Both the position numbers and the translations under genes were made by a program. Of a stretch of DNA of 64,000 bases, positions 49,049-57,607 are shown piece by piece. Source of the stretch: an uncultured delta proteobacterium (GTDB lineage: Bacteria; Myxococcota; B64-G9). How positions within the stretch are numbered: position 1 is the stretch's first letter; every line of letters starts with the position of its first letter. A model generated the notes under the pieces. It saw nothing but the letters and a program-made list of their open reading frames with translations. It searched no databases and had not been told where the DNA came from. The stretch spans positions 32,001 to 96,000 of the forward strand of contig CAVWHX010000007.1 of assembly GCA_963754925.1 (NCBI GenBank), written 5' to 3'.

Positions 49049-50870
49049 CCGGCCACTCCTCGCCGTCGTCCGGCCAGTATTCAAAAGATTCATCGATTTG
49101 GCCCGTTCTCGCGAGCTCGAGCAGTTGCGAGGGCACAAAACGGCCCAGAGCAAGACCCTGCACCTCGGCTTCGAGAACCTGTTTTTGCCCGATGCTGGCG
49201 TCTATTCGTCCGAGTGAAGCCAGCCGAAGCCATTCTTGAAATGCATCGACGGTGCGCCGGCCCCGCGCACCGCGTACCATCGCGGTCACGGTCCTTGCGC
49301 GCTGCGCGAGCGCCAGCGCTCGATCGGAAAGCATTGGTAACTCTCGATGCTCCTCGTTCAAGTACGCCTGGGGGGCTTCTGCGGTCAGCACGCCGCCGTT
49401 GTCCAACCACGCGTTCGATAGATTCATGCGCGTGCAGCGCTCCTCGGCCTGCGTGGCTCGGTCGACGGCCCCCCGCACCTGAGCTTCGAGTTGGTCGAGT
49501 TCCTGCAACTGAGCCGTTGCTTGAAGACCTTCGGGCATCTGGCTGCGCAACGAAACCATCAGAGTCTGAAGATGGCGCGCTCGGGAAATTTCTGCGCGCA
49601 ACCCGTGCTGTGTTCCACGCCACGGCAAAGCGACCGGGTTCTCCGGTATGCCCGAGGCAATGCGGGCAAACTCCAGGGTAATCCGCGAGAAGCGACCAAG
49701 CAACTCGTGGGTCGAGGCCGTCAACGAGAGCGCCTGGCGCTCGTCCGGGGTGTTGGGGACCGAACCCGACAGCTCGTTCCCCAGTTCGCCGGTGGCGCTC
49801 ACCGCATTCGCGGCTCTGACCAGGCCGGTCAGATTGCGTTCCAAGCCATCAAACAGCGCCGCGGCCTCATCAAAACGGCAGTCGCCCAGTAAGCTATAGC
49901 CCAATAACACCTGGGCGGCCGGACGATCGGGAAAGCGATCGATGCGCCCCAACAGATCCTCCAACAAAAGACGGGCTTCTGAAAAACGCTTGAGGGCATA
50001 CAACGACCAGGCGCTTTCGTAGCGCGCTTCGGCGAAGGACGGCGAATCCGGCGAAATTCGCTGATAGGTATCCACCGCCCGAGCGTGTTCACCCTGATCG
50101 TGGCGCAAGCGGGCCAAGGCCAGCCAGGCTTGCTCAATCACCTGGCTTCCTTGCTCCGATACAAAAAATGTATATTTTCCCCGACCCGGTTGCCGCACCA
50201 AACTGCAGAAACGTTCGGTTGCCAAACCAAGATCATCTGCCGATAGCGCCACCAGGCCCTGCAAATATATGGCCTGGGCCCTAAAGCGGCTGGAATGCGA
50301 AACGGCTGCTAACGCCGCCGTGGCCTCAGGCAACGCACCAAGCCGTATCAGCGCCTTGCCCTTGAGGTACGCGATCTCGTCACGCTCATCCTCGGTGAGG
50401 TTCAATCGCAAATCTACAATCGCCTGGAGCGTCTCATCAAATTGTCCGGAACGCAGGGTGAGGTCGGTAAGCTTACGAAAAGCCGGAAAGCGAAATTGCG
50501 AGGTTTCTTGCTGCCCGATCAGATTAAGGAGGTGGCGGCGCGCTTCGCCGGTGGCGCCTTCCCGCATCAGCGCGGCGGCGAGGTAATAGCGCAGGGTATC
50601 GTATGCTTCAGTACCGACCAGCTTTGCAAAGGACGGATCCATCAACGTCGCCCCGAGTGCAGCGGCCGCGCTTTCGGATCCGCCATCCAAATAGACCGCC
50701 TCGGCCCTCCGAATCAACTCTTTAAAAAGAACCGCTGCATCCTCATCAGGGTGACTTGGCGCATGCTGGAGCAGGTAACCTATTAAGGTATCCCGCGGAC
50801 CGGCAAAGGGTTCTTTCCCAGAACCAGGCACAGCCATGAGCACCACCAAAATGGGCAAAACGGATATCAT
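49035..50870 (-). CDS. Exported TPR protein, GltC/NfsC-like
   Basis: Signal peptide, TPRs (ARYESAWS), C-terminal FEYWPDDGEEWPDE resembling the GltC W-P-x-x-G-E-x-W-x-D-E motif. Confidence 0.65.
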   Translation of the reverse strand: MISVLPILVVLMAVPGSGKEPFAGPRDTLIGYLLQHAPSHPDEDAAVLFKELIRRAEAVYLDGGSESAAAALGATLMDPSFAKLVGTEAYDTLRYYLAAALMREGATGEARRHLLNLIGQQETSQFRFPAFRKLTDLTLRSGQFDETLQAIVDLRLNLTEDERDEIAYLKGKALIRLGALPEATAALAAVSHSSRFRAQAIYLQGLVALSADDLGLATERFCSLVRQPGRGKYTFFVSEQGSQVIEQAWLALARLRHDQGEHARAVDTYQRISPDSPSFAEARYESAWSLYALKRFSEARLLLEDLLGRIDRFPDRPAAQVLLGYSLLGDCRFDEAAALFDGLERNLTGLVRAANAVSATGELGNELSGSVPNTPDERQALSLTASTHELLGRFSRITLEFARIASGIPENPVALPWRGTQHGLRAEISRARHLQTLMVSLRSQMPEGLQATAQLQELDQLEAQVRGAVDRATQAEERCTRMNLSNAWLDNGGVLTAEAPQAYLNEEHRELPMLSDRALALAQRARTVTAMVRGARGRRTVDAFQEWLRLASLGRIDASIGQKQVLEAEVQGLALGRFVPSQLLELARTGQIDESFEYWPDDGEEWPDEHR

Positions 50871-50904
50871 GCGACCGATACTCCCCTACCATCAGGCCAT
50901 GCGG

Positions 50905-51555
50905 TCAACGTGGTTTAGTCGCAAACCGAGAACGAACAATGATCTTCCAGCTGCCCTTGGGATCGGACCTTTTCAGCTCATTCTTGCCGGGGATGTCCCC
51001 CGCGCCTTCCAAATCGAAAACAGCATCGGTCGTCGCCCGGTTTCTCATATGTACGGTGAGGCCGCTGCCTGCTGCATATCCCGGCGATGTGTCGGCCGAT
51101 TCGTTGGGGCCACGCACATACGCCTTGAGTTCTAGCGTGTGTCGTCCCGGGGTGAGATACCCGTCAAAGAGCGTCAGCGCCATAATCGTCGGAGCCGCGG
51201 TGAACTCTTGTCGATACGCCACCTCGCCGTCCATGAGCAGCTCCAGCGAGTCCAACTGCAACGGCGTATCGATCTCGCTGCGACAGCGGACGAGCAACCG
51301 AGAGCTAAACAATTTCTCGGATAGCAACATCAGTCTCGCTTCAACGGCCGCAAGAGCGTCACGGGTTCGACTGTGCTCAATGGCCAGTTCAGATAAGACT
51401 TTTGGATCAACTGCCGGCGACGGCTGTGTTGAGCCAGCCTGCACAGCGGCCGCCTGAGGAGGTTGAGAAACCGTCGGGGCTGCACTGGTCAGCAGCATCA
51501 CGGCCACCATAGAAATCACCACTAACGCTGCAACGTTCAATCGAGCCGATACCAT
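50905..51555 (-). CDS. Hypothetical exported protein (coiled coil + beta-rich domain)
   Basis: AAGGAGG RBS, signal peptide, LTLFDGYLTPGRHTL. In operon orientation. Confidence 0.65.
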   Translation of the reverse strand: MVSARLNVAALVVISMVAVMLLTSAAPTVSQPPQAAAVQAGSTQPSPAVDPKVLSELAIEHSRTRDALAAVEARLMLLSEKLFSSRLLVRCRSEIDTPLQLDSLELLMDGEVAYRQEFTAAPTIMALTLFDGYLTPGRHTLELKAYVRGPNESADTSPGYAAGSGLTVHMRNRATTDAVFDLEGAGDIPGKNELKRSDPKGSWKIIVRSRFATKPR

Positions 51556-51580
51556 GCCAGCCTCCTTCACGATGCTTCAG

Positions 51581-52933
51581 TTAAAATCCGCCTTCAAACC
51601 CAACCGTGCCGCCGAACGTGTACCCACCCTGGAAGTTCTCCCGCTGGTTGCTGGTAAGATTGGGATAGGAAGTGAAGCCGTCTTGGCTACGGGCGCCGGA
51701 GATACGGTAATTGGCAAAGGTAGCTTGAACACCGATATCAAGCGTTAGATATCGAAACATACCCAGCACCCGATCGCGTTCAGAAATAATGGTAATCTCC
51801 AACGCAGCGCCGACGAGTCCCATAACAAATGAGCACAACTCGCGATCGGCCGACCAATAGGCGCCGGGCGGTCCATCGGGATAGTCGTCGCGATAGAAAC
51901 TGGCGCGTGTTTGGTGGTACACTTCACCATTGAAAGACAATTGAAAAAGGTCTCCGAGGCGCTGTCGATAGGCTAACCCCACCCGACTCTGCTCAACGCG
52001 CCAGGTGTCGGAGCCGTGGCCGAGGTCGATTTCAAACGCCGCGTGCCATGCGGGAACCAGGCGTCGGACCCGAACCAGCCCGCCGTAGCGCACCCGCGTG
52101 CTGGGATGTTTTTCCGGCTCGATGAGGGGAATGGTCTCGGCGTCGTCAGCCAGGGTCGACCCGCGCATCGAGTACAGGCTCACCAGTCGGTAGGGGCTTT
52201 GGAGAAAACCATCCTCGAGAAGCAATCCGAGGTCCAGCCTCAAGTTCCACCCGGGCAGAAAACCCTGCTCGAACGCGCAGTCAAGCCAGTCGCCCCGACG
52301 TTGTTTGTCGATCGCGATGCCCTGGGCGGGAAGATCTCCCGGCCCGAGGCTGATCTGTTCGATGACGTGCCGGTATGAAACTTCGACAATCGTATCATGA
52401 CGAAGGACGGTGGTACGCGCCATGATGAACGGTTCGTTCAACGTACCATCAAATGCCGTACGGAAGCGGTAACCAACCCGTAACAGGCTGCTCCCATCGT
52501 CGAGGACCACCGCGGCGTCAGGGCCATGACGCAGGCGCAAAAGCGGCAACGGACCTGCAAATCCATCGAGCTTCTGTATCAGTTCTTTGTCCAAACTGAC
52601 GCCATAGCCGGCTTCAACCGCCAAGCCCTGCCACACCTCCGCCGCCCCGCGCAGGGTTGAGCGCAACCAAAAGCCCTTGACCTGATTGCCGGGATCGGCG
52701 GCCATCGTAAGCCGTGACACAATGGTGTTAGGCGTCAAGGGTTCGTCGTGCTCGGGATCGATGGCGCTCGGATCGGTAAGCACTCGTGCCGGAGCGAAAC
52801 GCATGAGGGGATCCGACAATACCTCGCGTTCGACCACCGGGCCGGCGGCGCACCCCGCCCCCAACGCAACCACAAGGAGGCTGAGTATAACCCCCGCCCG
52901 CATTCCTGGGCAGAGGGAAGACCGTAGCGGCAT
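51581..52933 (-). CDS. DUF3570-like outer-membrane protein
   Basis: GFLQSPYR, PEKHPSTRVR, DTWRV, YHQTRASFY, SADREL motifs. Lipobox-like GAGC. Terminal F. Confidence 0.65.
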   Translation of the reverse strand: MPLRSSLCPGMRAGVILSLLVVALGAGCAAGPVVEREVLSDPLMRFAPARVLTDPSAIDPEHDEPLTPNTIVSRLTMAADPGNQVKGFWLRSTLRGAAEVWQGLAVEAGYGVSLDKELIQKLDGFAGPLPLLRLRHGPDAAVVLDDGSSLLRVGYRFRTAFDGTLNEPFIMARTTVLRHDTIVEVSYRHVIEQISLGPGDLPAQGIAIDKQRRGDWLDCAFEQGFLPGWNLRLDLGLLLEDGFLQSPYRLVSLYSMRGSTLADDAETIPLIEPEKHPSTRVRYGGLVRVRRLVPAWHAAFEIDLGHGSDTWRVEQSRVGLAYRQRLGDLFQLSFNGEVYHQTRASFYRDDYPDGPPGAYWSADRELCSFVMGLVGAALEITIISERDRVLGMFRYLTLDIGVQATFANYRISGARSQDGFTSYPNLTSNQRENFQGGYTFGGTVGFEGGF

Positions 52934-52941
52934 GTGCGCGT

Positions 52942-53631
52942 TCAATTTGAAAACGGAAACCAAAACCCAACTCCCAACAAAAACGCAAGGTTGTTGGTCA
53001 GGGACTCCGATCCAAGGATCTCTTGAACCTGGAGGCTATCGATCACTTCAAACCGCAACGATAGCCATGAAAGAAGATAGAGCCGGATCCCGCCGCCAAC
53101 CAGGTACGTCAGCCCCACGTCGGTACGGCTGTCGGTTGCGCCCGCCCCCACCCGCAAAAAGAGGTCAAAGTGCACGATGGTGGCGCCGGTCAGGACAAAC
53201 TTACCGTGGAATGGGTCCCACAGAAGGCTCCCCAGATACAAACGGGCGTCATGGGCTGGGAGCACCTCATAGCCCGTCGCGTCGGAGAGCGGTTTCGACA
53301 ACACCGATGAGAAATGGGTCCAGGCAAAGGACGCCTCCAGCGCCAGGTCTTCATTGAAGTGAAATGCGTAGGAGATTCCGGCCATCGGAGCCTTGCCCAT
53401 ACTGTCGCTCATCAACAGACCGCCGAAGAGGTTCACCTCGTGGCGCAAGGCTTTGAGAAAGTCTTTCTTCTGCAGTCCGGAGCCGAGCCCGGTTTGGCTT
53501 TCGGGAGGCTCCGGGCAGGCGGCATAGGCGAGCCGCGCAGGGGTCAGTAGCACCCGATCGGGCAGCCCAAAGAATGCCACAACCACGAGGCTCGTAACCA
53601 GTACCGATATCGGGGATTGCTTGATGACCAT
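52942..53631 (-). CDS. Outer-membrane beta-barrel protein (myxobacterial GltA/B/H-like type)
   Basis: LQKKDFLKALRHE, YAFHFNEDLALE, WDPFHGK…VHFDLF, GIRLYL..WLSLR, ends GFWFP. Confidence 0.75.
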   Translation of the reverse strand: MVIKQSPISVLVTSLVVVAFFGLPDRVLLTPARLAYAACPEPPESQTGLGSGLQKKDFLKALRHEVNLFGGLLMSDSMGKAPMAGISYAFHFNEDLALEASFAWTHFSSVLSKPLSDATGYEVLPAHDARLYLGSLLWDPFHGKFVLTGATIVHFDLFLRVGAGATDSRTDVGLTYLVGGGIRLYLLSWLSLRFEVIDSLQVQEILGSESLTNNLAFLLGVGFWFPFSN

Positions 53632-53662
53632 CAATCGTCCTCACACGATCGCGCTTTTAGGC

Positions 53663-54436
53663 TCACATGGTTACCATCAACCCGCCCTGGATCAGCAGCA
53701 TCCCGTCGAGCTGATCAGGACCAAATGTGAGCACCTCTTGAATGTCCAGTCTCACGATGATTGGTCCCCGCAAACCGATAAACACTCCGCCTCCGGCACT
53801 GGCTTGCAAGCTGGTGCCCGATTTAAAGAGGCTCGATTGTTGGTTGGGCCAGACAGCGGCCCCGCCGAAACCCACCAAGGCAAAGGGTACAATCGATCGC
53901 CACGGGCCAATTGGCACGACCAGATCGCCGCCAAAAAGCACGAGGTTGCCAAAGCGGCCGTTCGCTTCTGAACCTGAAAGCTCGACTAAGTAGTGAGCGC
54001 TGGGCTGGTAGCCGACGCGCATGGTGAACTCACCTAATGAATCGAGGGCACCGCCCGATAGCGCCAGGGTCACCCTGCCATCATCGAGCTGGCCGGACAC
54101 CAGCAGTTTTCGATCGAACCACGAAGAAGCGCTCGTAACGGCGCTCTCATCGACAATTTCAAACGGCCAGACCAGTTCTGACAATACCCAGCCGGATCGC
54201 TCCCGCGAGATGCGGATGCGGTACCACGAACCATCCGGCGTGCGATCGAGCGCTTGAAATATTTGATCCCGGCCGACCCGGCCAATCTCTCTGAAGCTGC
54301 CGCCCGGCCCGGAACGCACGGGCGCGCTCTGAGCCATGACCCGCAGCTGAATATTTTCGCCGTTGATACCTTGGGCCGCGCCAGCGCTCCGTAGGCCGAT
54401 GAAAACGACTGCCGCTACCAGGCCGCGTATGATCAT
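53663..54436 (-). CDS. SH3b domain + outer-membrane beta-barrel protein
   Basis: VRSGPG…WYRI…GWV (bacterial SH3), then amphipathic strands (PFALVGFG, VRLDI). Confidence 0.72.
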   Translation of the reverse strand: MIIRGLVAAVVFIGLRSAGAAQGINGENIQLRVMAQSAPVRSGPGGSFREIGRVGRDQIFQALDRTPDGSWYRIRISRERSGWVLSELVWPFEIVDESAVTSASSWFDRKLLVSGQLDDGRVTLALSGGALDSLGEFTMRVGYQPSAHYLVELSGSEANGRFGNLVLFGGDLVVPIGPWRSIVPFALVGFGGAAVWPNQQSSLFKSGTSLQASAGGGVFIGLRGPIIVRLDIQEVLTFGPDQLDGMLLIQGGLMVTM

Positions 54437-54939
54437 GGCGTAATCCCGTCAGTTTCAAGCCACGTGAGTATAGCGGCCGCATCGGTATTCGATAACGCCG
54501 CGCCGCCTGGATGGGCGCGTTCACTCCCGGTTCCAAAACGCAGCAGTTCCGAATCAGCCGGTTGGTCAAGATCCACGAAATAGAGCACCGTAGCATAGTC
54601 AGACCGATACGGCTCCGGCAGCAAGAGGGGGTCCGTTATCGGAGGGACCGCCGGCAAGGGAACCGGGGCGTCGTGTAACCGAAACGTCGAGGGCCGCCCG
54701 TGGCATTCAGTCGAAGCGCACCGGGCCTGCAACAAGGGATGGATGGTCGTTCCAAACTGCGTTGGATCGGGAAAAAACTGCGGTTGTACGACGGTACGTT
54801 CACCGGGATCGACTATCTGACACGAAGGAATCAATACCAGGAAAAGGCAGAATGCCGTCGCGCAGTTGAAAACCCGGTGAAGGATTTTCGAACACCACGA
54901 GGCTCGCCCCTGACATGAAAAAAAATAAAAATCCTCCAT
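54433..54939 (-). CDS. Putative lipoprotein with CX4CH motif; start uncertain
   Basis: Lipobox IPSC, IHPLLQARCASTECHG, SELL…HPGG…ILTWL. The ORF track extends it spuriously into the IS. Confidence 0.6.
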   Translation of the reverse strand: MEDFYFFSCQGRASWCSKILHRVFNCATAFCLFLVLIPSCQIVDPGERTVVQPQFFPDPTQFGTTIHPLLQARCASTECHGRPSTFRLHDAPVPLPAVPPITDPLLLPEPYRSDYATVLYFVDLDQPADSELLRFGTGSERAHPGGAALSNTDAAAILTWLETDGITP

Positions 54940-54949
54940 CAAATTCAAG

Positions 54950-54978
54950 AAAATACGACGGAACTCGCCACCTGTCAA
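54950..54978 (-). promoter_or_regulatory. Sigma70 promoter of the Glt-like cluster
   Basis: Minus strand TTGACA-N17-TATTTT. Confidence 0.6.
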
Positions 54979-55000
54979 ATAGATTACTGGTATAATTATG

Positions 55001-56266
55001 GGCAAGCCCAGGTAGATCTGACACCACCTCTTTCTGCTCTCAGGAGCATGGGGAGCAAGGGATTGGCAATGTTGAAGGGAAAGCTTCCTTGGGGGGCTAG
55101 CCCCCCAAGGAAGCCGCGGCAACAAAAAAGGAGATGAGGTCAGGACCAAAATCCTCTTGAATGAAGGTTTGCGAAGACTTTCATCACAAGGAGGTACGGC
55201 CCTGACCCCATTTAGTTATTACGCCATGACCACCACGAAAGACCATAAATATTCGCTTCGCCTTCAGTTGGTGCAGTACGCCACGACCCACGGCATACGC
55301 CCCGCTGCGCGTGCCTTTGCTACCACCCCCAACACCGTACGGCGATGGCGTGCCCGCTTTGACGCCGGCGGTCGTACCTCACTCCAGGACCGCTCCCGGA
55401 GACCCAAGACCTGCCCCCACAAGACTTCCCGGTACCAAGAAGCGAAGATCCTCAACGCACGCAAGAAGGTTCCCTGCTTCGGACCGCGCCGCCTGCGCGA
55501 CCTGTTTGGAATCACTGCTTCCTCTGGCGCCATCGCTCGCATCCTGCGCCAGCAAGGCTTATCGGGCCGCCGTCGCAAAAAGCGTCAGCGCAAAAACGAC
55601 CTGCGGGCTATCAAAGCTAAATACAGATGCTTCCAACGCCTCCAGGCCGATATGAAACCCCTCTTCGATATCCCCGCCTACTGGCCGCAGATGAAGAAAC
55701 TCGGCCTCCCCAAACACCAGTACACCCACCGTGATGTCAAAAGCGGTGCTCTCTTTATCTCTTACGCCGACGAGCTCTCCACCACCTACGCCACCATGAC
55801 CTCCCGGCGCTTGCTGACCCACCTGAAAAAGCATCTCGTCAACCTCCGCCGTGCTATCTTGTCCACCGACAACGGCGTCGAATATGGTGGCCATGACAAG
55901 AACGAGCGGGAACGAGGCTTCCATGCCAAAATCCAGCAGGCCGGGATCATCCACCGCTTCCTGCCCCCTGCCACCCCAAACGCCCACGCCGATGTCGAGA
56001 GTTCCCATGCATCCATTGAACAGGAGTTCTTTGATCTCGAACCATTTACATCCAGACAGGACTTCTTCCAGAAGGTCTCTATCTACCAACACTGGTGGAA
56101 CTTCGCCAGACCCAACTACTCCAAGAGCGCTAAAACACCCGCACAACTCTTGGAGGATGAAGGCCTTGACCCAAGCATCCTCTTGCTCCTACCCGTTGAC
56201 CTTGAGGCCTGGTTCAGGACGACGACTTACTTTCCTCAGGTGGTGTCACATCTACCTGTTGACGCC
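55001..56266 (+). mobile_element. Insertion sequence, IS481-like DDE family, ~1266 bp
   Basis: Inverted repeats CAGGTAGATCTGACACCACCT (55009-55029) and AGGTGGTGTCACATCTACCTG (56238-56258), 1 mismatch, extendable to GGC…GCC ends. 17-bp direct repeat at 54982-54998 and 56267-56283. Confidence 0.88.
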
Positions 56267-56299
56267 GATTACTGGTATAATTACTGGTATAAAAGATAA
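55226..56299 (+). CDS. Transposase (HTH + integrase core DDE)
   Basis: AARAFATTPNTVRRWRARF…LQDRSRRP (IS481-type HTH). QADMK, TDNGVEY, DVESSHASIEQEF. Start uncertain. Confidence 0.9.
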   Translation: MTTTKDHKYSLRLQLVQYATTHGIRPAARAFATTPNTVRRWRARFDAGGRTSLQDRSRRPKTCPHKTSRYQEAKILNARKKVPCFGPRRLRDLFGITASSGAIARILRQQGLSGRRRKKRQRKNDLRAIKAKYRCFQRLQADMKPLFDIPAYWPQMKKLGLPKHQYTHRDVKSGALFISYADELSTTYATMTSRRLLTHLKKHLVNLRRAILSTDNGVEYGGHDKNERERGFHAKIQQAGIIHRFLPPATPNAHADVESSHASIEQEFFDLEPFTSRQDFFQKVSIYQHWWNFARPNYSKSAKTPAQLLEDEGLDPSILLLLPVDLEAWFRTTTYFPQVVSHLPVDADYWYNYWYKR

Positions 56300-57591
56300 T
56301 TCGTGGAGGTCGGGTCGGAGGGGAAAAACTCCATCAATGCGTTAGAACCCTCATAGAGTAAGTAAATCCGGAAATCATCACTGGCGTTCGAATTGCTCAG
56401 GCTCTTAAAATTGTTCGAAATCAGCTCGCCAGCCATGCCACCCGGTGCGGTAGGAACGAACCTGACCGGGGCGCCGGTGCTGTCATAAACGGGGTAATTG
56501 TTTTCCGCGTCAACAACATATACCGTGCCGTCAAGATCGGATACCCAAGCAAACTGGGAGACCGCGGTTCCCTGCGACGAATAGTTTTCGCTGTCAACAC
56601 TCAAGGTAAGGCCGTCAACAAAGGTAACTGACCGCGGCACGTCCGGTATCTGAATGGTTGTCAATAGTGATCCACTGTTAGTATCGACTACTGAGATTTC
56701 ACTACCAACTGATAGTACATTTGTTATAGGGTTAAGAATAAATCCACTCGTATTAGGAATGACATAGAGTTTTGATTCGTCCGAGGTAAGCGCCAGACGA
56801 CGCGAAGGACCGCCGACGTCGATAGAGTTAGTGACAGTTTTTGTGGCGGTATCAATCTTATAAATCGTAGTTAATCCTTCGTCGGCAACAAATAAGGTAC
56901 TTCCATCCTTTGTCAGAGCTAGTCCGGAAGGCATAGAACCATCCACACCGATATCCACCGGCGGTTGAAGCAGCGTAAGATTTAGAGGTATTGATGGTGT
57001 AACCGTTGCGTCCGGATACTGGAAGTTCAGTACCGCTATGTGTCCGGATATTTGTCCGGATTCAAGGGGGCTAACATAGCTAACATAGATCGGTAACGGC
57101 GTCTGTGTATCCCACGTGCCAGGCTGCGGAACAGCAACAAATTCGGGCTGAAGAGTTTCTCCTGGCTGAAGATTTTCTCCTGGTGATAATAACGAGACCC
57201 GGCTCACCTCCATCAACGCATCCGCCGCTAAATCAACCAGTGAGATATCTTGTGAGACGGCGTTGACGACAAAGGCATATCGCCCGGTCGGATCAATCGC
57301 CAGGCTCACCGGCAGCTCGCCGACGGGAATCGACAAAGGGAACAGCGGTTCTGGGGCTTCAAAAAAATTACTGTCCTCAACATCAAAAATTCTTAGATCG
57401 TTACCGAACGAATTGGCGATCAGCAACAAATGGTGCTCACTACCGACACAACTGGAAACATTCTGCGCGCAACCAATAAACTCCGCTAAATCCGTCGGAC
57501 CGGAGAGGCGTCCGGTTGTCGTCGGCTTTGATTTATTACAGGCGCCGCACCACAACGCCATGACAATCGCAAAACCCATAAGGTGCTTCAT
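56281..57591 (-). CDS. YncE/YVTN-like beta-propeller lipoprotein
   Basis: Lipobox GAC. SIPVGELPVSLAIDPTGRYAFVVN, PSGLALTKDGSTLFVAD, IDVGGPSRRLALT. Confidence 0.75.
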   Translation of the reverse strand: MKHLMGFAIVMALWCGACNKSKPTTTGRLSGPTDLAEFIGCAQNVSSCVGSEHHLLLIANSFGNDLRIFDVEDSNFFEAPEPLFPLSIPVGELPVSLAIDPTGRYAFVVNAVSQDISLVDLAADALMEVSRVSLLSPGENLQPGETLQPEFVAVPQPGTWDTQTPLPIYVSYVSPLESGQISGHIAVLNFQYPDATVTPSIPLNLTLLQPPVDIGVDGSMPSGLALTKDGSTLFVADEGLTTIYKIDTATKTVTNSIDVGGPSRRLALTSDESKLYVIPNTSGFILNPITNVLSVGSEISVVDTNSGSLLTTIQIPDVPRSVTFVDGLTLSVDSENYSSQGTAVSQFAWVSDLDGTVYVVDAENNYPVYDSTGAPVRFVPTAPGGMAGELISNNFKSLSNSNASDDFRIYLLYEGSNALMEFFPSDPTSTNYLLYQ

Positions 57592-57607
57592 CCCAACCAC
57601 TCCTTAT

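Noticed and set aside
54982..55006. dif/Xer site as the IS target
   Set aside because: Only a partial TATAA/TTATG likeness, without the 6-bp spacer or an XerD arm (TTATGTTAAAT).
54940..55149. N-terminal extension of ORF 54433..55149
   Set aside because: It runs through the promoter and the IS left end. The lipoprotein signal begins further downstream.
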